The translations under genes and the position numbers were made by a program. A stretch of DNA of 64,000 nt from Candidatus Thorarchaeota archaeon (GTDB lineage: Archaea > Asgardarchaeota > Thorarchaeia > Thorarchaeales > Thorarchaeaceae), in NCBI GenBank assembly GCA_019894665.1, contig JAGXOC010000001.1:18013-82012 (forward strand). Reading direction: 5' to 3'. The notes under the pieces were generated by a model that was not told where the DNA came from, did not search any database, and saw only the letters and a list, made by a program, of their open reading frames with translations. Positions within the stretch are counted from its first letter, which is position 1. Each line of letters begins with the position of its first letter. Below, piece after piece: positions 29,629 through 38,801 of the stretch.

Positions 29629-30642
29629 TTGGTGTCAGTAGTGGATTCAGATAAGAAAAGATCAGATGAATACTGGATGGGTGTCCGTGATGCACTACGG
29701 ATGGTCGATAGTTTTACCAAATGGGCAAGAAGAAATGAGAGTCGTGCTAAGAATCTTGATGATTTTATTCACGATGGATTAGTTGCAGCGGCGAAACGCT
29801 GTGAGTCTTGTCTGAAAGATGACTTGGGCCTCACCTTCGTGGAAGACGAAGAGTCAGTTGATGGATCCACAGGAGATGAACAGGTACCATCTGGTTATGA
29901 GATTGGTTCTTCTTCTAAAGATTATTCAGAGCCCGAAAAATCATCAGAACCCACTTTTGGAGGAACTCCCGAAGACATGGCTACTGAAACTTCGGAAGTG
30001 CCAATTGAATCTGAAAGTGATAGCATTAGCATTGACAATGTAAGTCGTCTTGAGGAGGAAGAGATGGATGACCTGTCAATAGATGGACCTCCACGCGAGT
30101 TCACATCAGATTTTGAGCTTGTTGAGCCTACCGATCTTTTTGTCGACATGTCTGAAGCTACAGCTGAGGATGAAGTTACACACGAACCAGAAGCAGAGGA
30201 AGTAGAACCTTCAGATGCCGAGAACAAACCTTCGTTCACTTGGGCTGATTACGAAAAAGCCGTGACTCCGGATACTGAGGGTCCCGAGATTGTTGAAGAA
30301 GATGAAGCTGACGAGATTCCACCTCCTATTGAACTGGAATCTGTAGACACACCAGTACCCTTTGATGAACCGGAGCCAATATCCGAAATGGTGGAGATGC
30401 CTGAGCCACCCCCAATTCCTGCCGACGAGTCAGAGCTAGCCTCAGAACCGATGAAAGTATCTGAGCCGCCCTCAATTCCGACAGATGAGTATGAGAGCGA
30501 ACCAATTGAAGAAGAAACCGTTGAAACGACAGAAGCGCCCGACCCTATAACAGAACCACCCCCACCACCCCCACCTCCAGATAGAGATGAGGATGAAGAT
30601 GAGCGACGACGTCGAGCTCGCAGACTCTTCTTCGGGGACTAA
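29629..30642 (+). CDS. acidic, proline-rich, probably disordered protein with a small N-terminal helical domain
   Basis: About 60-aa N-terminal domain, then an E/D/P/S-rich sequence with repeats (EPPPIPADESELASEP / EPPSIPTDEYESEP), a PPPPPPPP stretch and an Arg-rich C-terminus. Confidence 0.5.
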   Translation: MVSVVDSDKKRSDEYWMGVRDALRMVDSFTKWARRNESRAKNLDDFIHDGLVAAAKRCESCLKDDLGLTFVEDEESVDGSTGDEQVPSGYEIGSSSKDYSEPEKSSEPTFGGTPEDMATETSEVPIESESDSISIDNVSRLEEEEMDDLSIDGPPREFTSDFELVEPTDLFVDMSEATAEDEVTHEPEAEEVEPSDAENKPSFTWADYEKAVTPDTEGPEIVEEDEADEIPPPIELESVDTPVPFDEPEPISEMVEMPEPPPIPADESELASEPMKVSEPPSIPTDEYESEPIEEETVETTEAPDPITEPPPPPPPPDRDEDEDERRRRARRLFFGD

Positions 30643-31694
30643 TTCCCCTCTCCAATCATGTCTTTATAGAGCTTGGAAGCTTGGGTAGCAGTAGCTACAC
30701 CTTTCACAACAACATTTCCAGCAGGCATTATTGTCACACGAATCTCGTGGTCCACATTTACTACGAGGAATCGCTTCCTCCGCTTGACTGAGTAGTCAGA
30801 GTCTAGTTTGGTCGCCAATGTGTCAAGATCAATCTTTAGTAATTTTCCAGGTGATACATTGAAACTCTGAGAACACAACTGAGTCACTGTAAGCTCAGTC
30901 AGCTTACTGGCTGGCACTTTGTGTGGTGATGAACATACATCACAGTCTGCAGCTTTTCCAATGTCAAAGAAATCAAAACTCAATGAACTTGTATCGATGG
31001 TCATCAACCGGTTTGCTAAGTCAGACTCTCTCCCCAAAGCTAGTTTTAGTGCCTCGTTCACTTCAATCGATGCTGCAAGAGAGAGTAGCATTGGTGACAC
31101 TCCCACTCGTGCGCATGTATTTTCAGGATTATCTTGAGCATCTCCCATCACACATTGTAGACAACCGGTTTTTCCTGGGATGAATGTTGTAAGGTTTGCA
31201 TAATACTCAACAGCTCCCGCAAACACGTAAGGTATTTTGAGTGAGAGGCTTGCTTGGTTAACTGCTCTGCGGGCTTTGAATGAGTCTAATCCATCAACAA
31301 TGATGTCTACTCCCTTTAGTACATCAACTGCATTTTCATCATCAACAGAGACGCATATTGGATCAAACTGTACTTCCGGATTCATCAGCTCAAGATTATC
31401 TGCAGCTGCTTCTGCTTTAGGTTTGCCAATATCTTCAGTGTTGAATACTGTCTGTCTCTGAATGTTTGAGAGCTCAACAATATCTCGGTCGATGATTCTT
31501 ATTCTGCCAAAACCGATTGCAGCAAGAAGCCGGAGCGCAGGACTTCCTAATCCCCCAGCTCCCAACATGGCTACTGATGTATTCATGATAGTTTCCATAT
31601 CGTTTTCTGAAAAGTCACGAAGCGCAAGCATTCGTGAATACCTTTCTTGTTGTTCGTCTGTGAGCTTCATATCTGCCATTATGAACACAGGCAC
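30639..31694 (-). CDS. ThiF/MoeB/E1-like activating enzyme with a C-terminal extension of about 95 aa
   Basis: Nucleotide-binding LGAGGLGSPALRLLAAIGFGRIRIIDRD. RQ motif. Zn-binding CLQC ... CDVC. Unassigned extension after the second CxxC. Confidence 0.7.
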   Translation of the reverse strand: MPVFIMADMKLTDEQQERYSRMLALRDFSENDMETIMNTSVAMLGAGGLGSPALRLLAAIGFGRIRIIDRDIVELSNIQRQTVFNTEDIGKPKAEAAADNLELMNPEVQFDPICVSVDDENAVDVLKGVDIIVDGLDSFKARRAVNQASLSLKIPYVFAGAVEYYANLTTFIPGKTGCLQCVMGDAQDNPENTCARVGVSPMLLSLAASIEVNEALKLALGRESDLANRLMTIDTSSLSFDFFDIGKAADCDVCSSPHKVPASKLTELTVTQLCSQSFNVSPGKLLKIDLDTLATKLDSDYSVKRRKRFLVVNVDHEIRVTIMPAGNVVVKGVATATQASKLYKDMIGEGN

Positions 31695-31729
31695 TCACTT
31701 AAAACCTTGGACATCAGTTATGGTCGCTC

Positions 31730-32554
31730 ATGGAGTCCAAGTCTGAGGTTGCAATAGGACTTAGAAGGAGTCCGGGAGAAGCGCTGAGAACAGCTCTCTC
31801 AAAGTTGAATGAACCAATAATTCCTCCAGCGAATACCAAACGTGTTGTAATCAAACCATCAATCTATGATCCAAACTTGCCGGGAAACACTGATGCGAAT
31901 ATGGTTCGAGCAATCATTCAAATGTTCAGTTCTGTGGGTCCAATCAGTATAGTGGAAAGCGATAACCCCTTGAGAACAACTAGGGATGCATTCACACGAA
32001 GCGGCTATACTGTTCTTGAAAATGAGACAGTGGAGCTTGTGAACCTCTCAGATGCAGACATGACCTCAGTCGCATTCTCTGGCCATTACTTCCAAAACCG
32101 AAAAATGCCACGAATTCTGCACGATGATCCATTCCTGATCAACGTTGCCACGCTGAAGGCAGAACCCGATATCTGCACCGTAGGTGCCGGCATAAAGAAT
32201 CTTTTTGGACTTCTGCCTGAGCTGGATAAGAGTGTCTATCATGAGTCCATTAATAGTGTGTTAATGGACCTCCTAGAAGCATATAGACCAAATCTAACGG
32301 TGATTGATCTCACTGATGTCGTCATTGGAAACAGAGAAGAGGGACATACAAAACATGTTGGGGGCGTGGTGGTTGGAGTTGACCCCGTTGCCGTGGATTC
32401 TTTCTGCTCAAGTCTTCTTGGAATTGATCCTATGAAGATAGATCATCTGCGAACCGCCCACACTCTTGGCATGGGAGAAGCTTTACCCGACCGCATCACA
32501 GTGCGTGGCACGAAGCATCAGATAGAGGAGCTAGGTAGGCTTTTCCAACAATAG
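31730..32554 (+). CDS. DUF362-like protein
   Basis: RVVIKPSIYDPNLPGNTDANMVRAII resembles the DUF362 N-terminus. Assigned from memory. Confidence 0.4.
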   Translation: MESKSEVAIGLRRSPGEALRTALSKLNEPIIPPANTKRVVIKPSIYDPNLPGNTDANMVRAIIQMFSSVGPISIVESDNPLRTTRDAFTRSGYTVLENETVELVNLSDADMTSVAFSGHYFQNRKMPRILHDDPFLINVATLKAEPDICTVGAGIKNLFGLLPELDKSVYHESINSVLMDLLEAYRPNLTVIDLTDVVIGNREEGHTKHVGGVVVGVDPVAVDSFCSSLLGIDPMKIDHLRTAHTLGMGEALPDRITVRGTKHQIEELGRLFQQ

Positions 32555-32639
32555 GCCATAAGGAAAGAGTTTATCACGACATTAAGGCTTGCGAATAATC
32601 CTCTAAGGTGTCTAGGGTGACACCAGCAATGGCCCACAA

Positions 32640-33818
32640 GTGGTGTTTCACATGGACTGGACATCTCACACCATGGAGCGTATTCCCGCTTCCGGTACTC
32701 TCAAGATGTTTGAGCTAGCAACACGTCTTGAAGCTGAAGGTAAGCGTATCTACCATTTTGAGGTAGGTCAACCTGATTTTCCAACTCCTGAGCATATAGT
32801 TGAGGCTGGAATCGAAGCTCTGAAACACGGTTTTACACGGTATACATCTTCTAGAGGAATTCCTCCTCTTCTTGATGGTATCGAAAAACACTATGCTGAC
32901 CGTGGAATCCAGATAGATGGCTCCCAAAATGTCATTGTGACTCCCGGAGCAAAGATGGCTCTCTTTCAAGGATTTCTCAGCACACTCGATCCAACAGATG
33001 ATGTGCTAGTTCTATCACCAGCATGGCCAACTTACCGAAACCTGATTAGGACAGTCGGTGCCAAACCCGTAGATGTCAATACGCATCCTAGGTATGGGCT
33101 TGATGAAGAAGAGCTCAAAAGCCATTGTTCTAAAACCGTCACCGCTCTAATAATCAACACTCCGAATAATCCGACTGGCGGTGTCCTTGAGAAAGACCAA
33201 ATGAAGATGATCCATGACCTCGCTGTGGACAATGATTTCGTTGTCTTCTCTGACGAAATATATGAGATGATAGTCTATAATGGGTTTAAACAGACATCAA
33301 TGTTAGAGATTGACCCCACTATGGAGCATACCTTGGCCATCAACGGGTTCTCAAAAACCTATGCAATGACTGGATGGCGACTTGGCTTTGCTATTGGCAA
33401 TAAGGAAACTATCGACAATATGGTCCGAATACAGCAGAATACGACTTCATGTGCGACATCTTTCGTTCAATATGCTGGGACAAAGGCTTTGAATGGAGAT
33501 CAGAGTTCAGTCAAGATGATGGTGAAAGCGTACCAGAAGCGGCGTGATGAGATCACTAACATATTCAATAATATGGATGGTATTTTTTGCATCAATCCAG
33601 CGGGCGCATTCTATGTATTTCCAGACTTCTCAGCATACAATCTGAGTAGTAGTACCCTCGCGGAATTGATTCTGAAGAAAACCGGGGTCACCTCTACTCC
33701 TGGGATTTCTTTCGGTAAGGATTATGATAACCACCTCCGCTTCTCGTATGCTACTGATCTGTCTGTGATAGAAGAGGGTCTAAGAGTGCTCTCTGAATAT
33801 CTTCCAACACTGCTGTAG
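32640..33818 (+). CDS. class I/II pyridoxal-phosphate aminotransferase (aspartate-aminotransferase family)
   Basis: NNPTGGV; PLP-lysine region SFSKTYAMTGWRLGF. Start may be the ATG at 32673. Confidence 0.8.
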   Translation: MVFHMDWTSHTMERIPASGTLKMFELATRLEAEGKRIYHFEVGQPDFPTPEHIVEAGIEALKHGFTRYTSSRGIPPLLDGIEKHYADRGIQIDGSQNVIVTPGAKMALFQGFLSTLDPTDDVLVLSPAWPTYRNLIRTVGAKPVDVNTHPRYGLDEEELKSHCSKTVTALIINTPNNPTGGVLEKDQMKMIHDLAVDNDFVVFSDEIYEMIVYNGFKQTSMLEIDPTMEHTLAINGFSKTYAMTGWRLGFAIGNKETIDNMVRIQQNTTSCATSFVQYAGTKALNGDQSSVKMMVKAYQKRRDEITNIFNNMDGIFCINPAGAFYVFPDFSAYNLSSSTLAELILKKTGVTSTPGISFGKDYDNHLRFSYATDLSVIEEGLRVLSEYLPTLL

Positions 33819-33857
33819 TACCTTCAAGCTTAAGTACCTCGACTGGAGGATTTCCTT

Positions 33858-34436
33858 GTGAATCTTGAAGATGACCGAATCCAATTTGAATGCACGAAGT
33901 GTGGTGCATGCTGTCGAGAGGACGCTCTACTAGTAACAGTCACTGGGCGCGATATAACACGTATCTCAATGGGGTTGGGTCTTGATTCAAACGAAGTGAT
34001 TAGGGCATTTGATTTTTATCTTGTGTCAAATTCAGAATCGCCTGAAGGACTTCGCGATATTCCTGCAGTGAACACTGAGCATGGACCTGCTTATATCGCT
34101 CTAAAGAAACTGGAAACTGGCGATTGTATATTCTTGAAGGACAATCTCTGCATGATACATACATTTCGACCAGGGGTATGCAGGTCCTTTCCATTTGTGT
34201 TCAGGGATGGTGGCGATGAGAAGACTTGGGGCTTCAGTGCCATGAAAGAAATCTGCCCCGGTCTTGGAAGCGGACCTGAAGTTGAAATCTCAGATTTGAG
34301 AGAATTGGCTGATGCCGTATTGGAGGACATTGAGATATTCAAGGACTTTGTAGAAGAATGGAATCAGGATAAAGAGAAACCAACGGCCGACAGCTTAGTC
34401 GAAACTATTCTTTCTGAGCTAAGATTTACTGTTTAA
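33858..34436 (+). CDS. YkgJ/UPF0153-family CxxCxxCC cysteine-cluster protein
   Basis: CTKCGACCRED, then C..HTFRPGVCRSFPF. Confidence 0.5.
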   Translation: MNLEDDRIQFECTKCGACCREDALLVTVTGRDITRISMGLGLDSNEVIRAFDFYLVSNSESPEGLRDIPAVNTEHGPAYIALKKLETGDCIFLKDNLCMIHTFRPGVCRSFPFVFRDGGDEKTWGFSAMKEICPGLGSGPEVEISDLRELADAVLEDIEIFKDFVEEWNQDKEKPTADSLVETILSELRFTV

Positions 34437-34441
34437 TCGGT

Positions 34442-35452
34442 CTACAACTTGGTCAGGATCTGCAAGATGTTCCCAAAATTATGTTCAATAGTACGACTCT
34501 TCTCCGCATATCCCGCAAGGGTATCCAATCTGTCATCCCTTTCAGTGAGCTGGCAGAATTTGTCTGATCGGATCTCTGAATGGATCGCTTCATTTAGTTC
34601 AATTATCTCATCGGATGACTTCAGAATATATTGAAGCATCTTGATGAGCATGTTGAACTCAATGATGTCCCGAAGCTGGAGCGCCTGGCTATAAAATTGG
34701 AATTCCAATCTTGCTAATCTTTCCCTCATTGAAACTAGATTTTGAATCCATTCCTTGGCATCTTCCTCTCTTAATTCTTGACTAAGCCTGTTCCAGAAGT
34801 TTTGTTGATCAAGAAGCTGAACCAAATAGTTTCGAAGGAATTGGAAATGATCTACACCTTTTTCAATATCATCTTCAGTACCGATAGGCTCCATCATCTC
34901 ATCTGTCTGACTGTGCTTTACGGCAATCATGAGTGAGAACTTGTCCACGTATCTCTTCACTTCATCAGTTTTTTCTTTCTCTGTCAGTGCACCAGCAAAA
35001 GTATCGCCTAATGTTAAGATGAATTTGTAGAGACATTCAGAACATATCTCTGCACTACTTGAGATTTCCTTAGTTGACAGAAACTGCATAGCATCCTCTA
35101 GGTCCTTTCCTGGCACATCTTGTCTATGTATCCTCAAAACCCATCCTTGTGAGATACAATAGACTTTGTTGTCCAGGTAGTTGATGTAGATTGACGCATA
35201 GCAAACATTACCATCGGACGCCCTCTCTTCCTCCATACTGTCCTTGTCGTAGTGGAATGAGAAAATAGAAGGATCTATCTCAATGGCATCAATCTCTAGG
35301 ACGCTGTCATCGTTTACACACAGTTTTTCGTCTCCAAAAACTTTGTAGCAAGGACAACCTCTGACTAGCTTGATGCTTGATTCTTTCTCCTGCTTGCTAC
35401 TGCTTGTGCCAAACACGTTCCTTTTCTCCAACTCAAGATTGCGTTTCCTCAA
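34442..35452 (-). CDS. uncharacterised Cys-motif protein (CPCY family), paralog A
   Basis: LVRGCPCYKVFGDEKLCVNDD ... YCISQ ... CSECLYKF, then a helical C-terminal half. Paralog of the 35504-36511 gene. Confidence 0.55.
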   Translation of the reverse strand: MRKRNLELEKRNVFGTSSSKQEKESSIKLVRGCPCYKVFGDEKLCVNDDSVLEIDAIEIDPSIFSFHYDKDSMEEERASDGNVCYASIYINYLDNKVYCISQGWVLRIHRQDVPGKDLEDAMQFLSTKEISSSAEICSECLYKFILTLGDTFAGALTEKEKTDEVKRYVDKFSLMIAVKHSQTDEMMEPIGTEDDIEKGVDHFQFLRNYLVQLLDQQNFWNRLSQELREEDAKEWIQNLVSMRERLARLEFQFYSQALQLRDIIEFNMLIKMLQYILKSSDEIIELNEAIHSEIRSDKFCQLTERDDRLDTLAGYAEKSRTIEHNFGNILQILTKL

Positions 35453-35503
35453 AACGCTCTACAGGACAGGTTCAGATTACAACGAGTGGCCATTTAGAAG
35501 TTC

Positions 35504-36511
35504 TTATGCAGTATGTGTGTCTATATTGTGAAGTGCTGAAACAAGATTGCTGAACTTGTACTCTGTAGTCTTTCTCGCTTCGGAATGCTGAGAGAGCATC
35601 TCACGGATGTTGGAAGGCAAAGCATCACGTTCGACGAGACTGTTTGTTTTCTCACGAATCGAATTGTTGACAGTGATGACCTTCTCAGAGACCCCAACCA
35701 TGAACCGCAGAACACTGAGTGGATCTGTTTCATCAGACGGATCATCAAGAGATAATACTTGAAACAGGAATACTGACTCTAGACGTGCAAGGGTTCTATA
35801 GGCATCAATCAACTCAAGCAGGTCTTGCTCAACTCCAGCTTGCTTCAAGTTTAGCATCATCGATGCCCAGTGGGAGCGGCTTCTGTTGATTTCCCTAAGG
35901 TAGTTCCATAAGTGGGTATTGAAATCTGAGGGTTTTTCACTCGCTTCATACCCACTGAGTTGTATGGCCATATTGGTTGCCAACTCCCGGACATATTTTG
36001 CGATGACCTCTTGTCTCTCATCATCTGTCAGAAAGCCTTCCGAACTCTCTCCTAGGGTCCTCAGATATCTGTAAAGACAATCAGAGCAAAGGACACCATC
36101 TCTACTCTTTTCGGAGGACGTCACGAATTGCAGTGCGCTATCAATCTCAGACACTTTGACATCTTTTTCATTGATACTAATTCGTTGGTTCTGACTCACA
36201 CAATAGCAGAATCCTCCCTTTCTATCGAGAAACATCAGGAGGTAGCACATGCTCTTGTTATCGCTCATATATTCCTCTAGAAGGTGTTGCGAGTCGAGTT
36301 GATTGAAGAAACTTGGGTCAACTGAGATCGCATTGATTGGAAAGACACCATCATTATTCAAACAGACTTTCTCATCACCAAATTCCCGATAGCATGGGCA
36401 TCCTCTCACAAGATGACTAGGACCATCTGGAGAGTCTGATAATAAGCTTGAATCTATGTTCACTCGGGACGCCTCAGGTCGGATTTTGGTGACACTCCTA
36501 ATTGTGTTCAA
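35504..36511 (-). CDS. uncharacterised Cys-motif protein (CPCY family), paralog B
   Basis: LVRGCPCYREFGDEKVCLNND ... YCVSQ ... CSDCLYRY. Same length and architecture as paralog A. Confidence 0.55.
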   Translation of the reverse strand: MNTIRSVTKIRPEASRVNIDSSLLSDSPDGPSHLVRGCPCYREFGDEKVCLNNDGVFPINAISVDPSFFNQLDSQHLLEEYMSDNKSMCYLLMFLDRKGGFCYCVSQNQRISINEKDVKVSEIDSALQFVTSSEKSRDGVLCSDCLYRYLRTLGESSEGFLTDDERQEVIAKYVRELATNMAIQLSGYEASEKPSDFNTHLWNYLREINRSRSHWASMMLNLKQAGVEQDLLELIDAYRTLARLESVFLFQVLSLDDPSDETDPLSVLRFMVGVSEKVITVNNSIREKTNSLVERDALPSNIREMLSQHSEARKTTEYKFSNLVSALHNIDTHTA

Positions 36512-36591
36512 TGCTCCGACTCTGAGTTCACATTTGAATGAATCTCGGATGTTCGGAAAAAGAAAGGAGCTTGTGGGGCTCCATTATAGAA

Positions 36592-36732
36592 TCAACCCCA
36601 CAACTCTCTTTTGAGCAGATCACGAATGGCAATTCGGATAGCTTCTGATCTGTTTGGATAGAGATTACTCTCTACAAGTTTCTCTAGTCCATCAACATAA
36701 GTTTCCGGGATGTGTAAGGTTACGAGTTTCAT
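36592..36732 (-). CDS. ribbon-helix-helix (CopG/Arc-type) DNA-binding protein
   Basis: MKLVTLHIPETYVDGLEKLVESNLYPNRSEAIRIAIRDLLKRE. Start placed at the internal Met; the track ORF extends to 36804. Confidence 0.5.
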   Translation of the reverse strand: MKLVTLHIPETYVDGLEKLVESNLYPNRSEAIRIAIRDLLKRELWG

Positions 36733-37135
36733 CTCGATAATCACCTGAGTATGTTCAGCGTCATACGTGAATATGATTGTAAGTAATACTAGGTCAATAT
36801 TCAATTCAGGTAGACTTCAGAATGGCAGAGGGGGGAGCATTCCAGCTCCCGGTTCGTAAAATAGATGAACGCACATTCGCCGGGAGGAGCAATGTGCGCT
36901 CAAACAAATAGACTGAGGATGGGTCATAAGTCAGCTTGTATACTGCAGCCAATACTGGGTCAATACTTAGAGTATGATGGAGAAATGTTCACCGTATTGT
37001 TTGGGTCTGTATTGTGTATTATAACAAAATTCGACAACTATTGGATTTTCTTCGTTAATTCCCGACTTCTAGCAATACATTTATGCTGGCTCATAGTTAC
37101 CGGGGTCATTAAACAATGGATTGAGGTAGGTACTA

Positions 37136-37897
37136 ATGGCTACAAATGCTGAGAGTAAAGCGGCTGGTAAATCCGAAGATGGAGTGAAAACTTCACAAGA
37201 GCTTGAATCCCTAAAGTGGATTCGTGAAAGACGTTCCATCAGAGAATTCACTGGCGAAAAAATATCCGATGAGCACATCGAGTTGATTTTGGAAGCGGCG
37301 CGACATGCACCGAGTCCAGAGAACATGTTGATGATGCGTTTCGTTGTAATACGTGATGACCAGGATAGTAAGGTTTTCCTAGCAGATATCGCCCAGGAAA
37401 TGGCTCAAACTGCTTTCGGAGGAGCTCCATTTGAACTCACAAGTGGAAGAAACTGGTTTATCAGTGATCCTTACAGAGCGGCAGTCTATGCGAGACTGAG
37501 GGATGGAGAGTTATTCAGATATCCGGAAAAGAGCGACACTGTGATTATTGTTTGTGCAAGTGAAGCTTGGCATGATGCTGGATATCTCTACCCCAATTCA
37601 CTATTTGGATCGGTAGTCTGTGGAATGGCAATCCAAAATATGTGGCTGACCGCCACAGAACTTGGATATGGATGCGGGTATGAGGCACTAGTCTGTTCTG
37701 ATCCCCGTCATGCTCAACTTCTACGTGACCGATTCGGCATCCCACCAATTTGGGAGCCTATAACTGCCTTTTGTATTGGCCAGCGCGTTTCACCACGTGC
37801 TTTAGGTCCCAGCAGAGCCCCTCTTGAGGGTCTGATGTACGAAGAGCGATGGGGCAAACCATACAAGAGACTCGCGTTCAGGAAGGAGGACAAGTAA
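37136..37897 (+). CDS. nitroreductase-family flavoprotein, copy 1
   Basis: RERRSIREFTGEKISDEHIELILEAARHAPSPENMLMMRFVVIRDD matches the nitroreductase N-terminal region. Paralog of the 44358-45122 gene. Confidence 0.65.
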   Translation: MATNAESKAAGKSEDGVKTSQELESLKWIRERRSIREFTGEKISDEHIELILEAARHAPSPENMLMMRFVVIRDDQDSKVFLADIAQEMAQTAFGGAPFELTSGRNWFISDPYRAAVYARLRDGELFRYPEKSDTVIIVCASEAWHDAGYLYPNSLFGSVVCGMAIQNMWLTATELGYGCGYEALVCSDPRHAQLLRDRFGIPPIWEPITAFCIGQRVSPRALGPSRAPLEGLMYEERWGKPYKRLAFRKEDK

Positions 37898-37898
37898 T

Positions 37899-38426
37899 AT
37901 GGACGTCAATTTTGAAGGTAAAACTCTAGATAACATGAAGGAATTAGCTGAAGAGGCTGGTCTTACCCCTGAAGGCTTTATCGAGGTTGTCATGGAGCAA
38001 TTCGTTGACAACAAAGGTGGACGAGTCTACTCAGGCAGATGGTCCGGTGGAGTTGTTGACGGCGAAAAGGGCTTTCGCTATGTCCCGCAATGGCCTTTCC
38101 GACCCGGCTTCAAAGAAGCCGAGGGAGACAAGGTGAAGGGCTGGAAGTCTGGAGGCAAATCTTTCAGACCTCATCCTACTGGAGCTTGGCCTTTCTATCC
38201 GCGACTGAAAGAAGGCGACATCGAGCACGAATACTGGAACACTAAGAAGATGATTCATCAATCCTTCATCAACGACAGAAAGGGACGCGTTGTAGTACTA
38301 ATGGATGGCGACAGATATGATAACTTTCTCGACAAGGTGAAAGCGAGGAAAGGTAATTTCTGGGCGAACTCCGTTGACGATTCTATGCAAGAGGCTGTGG
38401 ATGACTGGATGGCTAAGGAGGAATGA
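37899..38426 (+). CDS. hypothetical Gly/Trp/Lys-rich protein
   Basis: 175-aa ORF translationally coupled between the nitroreductase and the SCP2 gene (GRWSGGVVDGEKGFRYVPQWPFRPGFKEAEGDKVKGWKSGGKSFRPHPTGAWPFYPRLKEG). No known domain. Confidence 0.5.
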   Translation: MDVNFEGKTLDNMKELAEEAGLTPEGFIEVVMEQFVDNKGGRVYSGRWSGGVVDGEKGFRYVPQWPFRPGFKEAEGDKVKGWKSGGKSFRPHPTGAWPFYPRLKEGDIEHEYWNTKKMIHQSFINDRKGRVVVLMDGDRYDNFLDKVKARKGNFWANSVDDSMQEAVDDWMAKEE

Positions 38427-38430
38427 AACA

Positions 38431-38790
38431 ATGTCACAACTACAAGAATTTTTCAAATTCCTGATGACCCAATGCAACACCAAGGATGACCTTAAGAAAC
38501 AGCTCGCCGCTTGGGTTGGTCCCTATCACGGTAAAATCCTTCAGGTTCATACTGAGGAAGGTGACCAATACATGGTGGTGACAAAGGACAAGATCGAGTT
38601 ATTCGAGGGAAGCTATCCTAGTCCTGATGTCACCTACAAATCGAGTGCTGCAATATTGCTTGGTATCTTCACTGGTGAAGTTCCATTCAAAGACACAATG
38701 AAGGACGGAAGTCTTCAGGTCATTGGCAACGCGAACGAAAGCGACCCTCTTGCTAATCTAATTCTTCAGGTAATGATGGGTGCGATGTAG
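38431..38790 (+). CDS. SCP2 sterol-carrier-like domain protein
   Basis: AAILLGIFTGEVPFKDTMKDGSLQVIGNANESDPLANLI matches the SCP2 C-terminal pattern. Start moved to the ATG at 38431 behind a GGAGG RBS. Confidence 0.5.
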   Translation: MSQLQEFFKFLMTQCNTKDDLKKQLAAWVGPYHGKILQVHTEEGDQYMVVTKDKIELFEGSYPSPDVTYKSSAAILLGIFTGEVPFKDTMKDGSLQVIGNANESDPLANLILQVMMGAM

Positions 38791-38801
38791 GAGGAATTGC
38801 T

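Noticed and set aside
36865-37152. 95-aa plus-strand ORF in the RHH/nitroreductase spacer
   Set aside because: Cys/Ile/Phe-rich low-complexity translation with no motif, overlapping strong RNA-type hairpins. Treated as non-coding.
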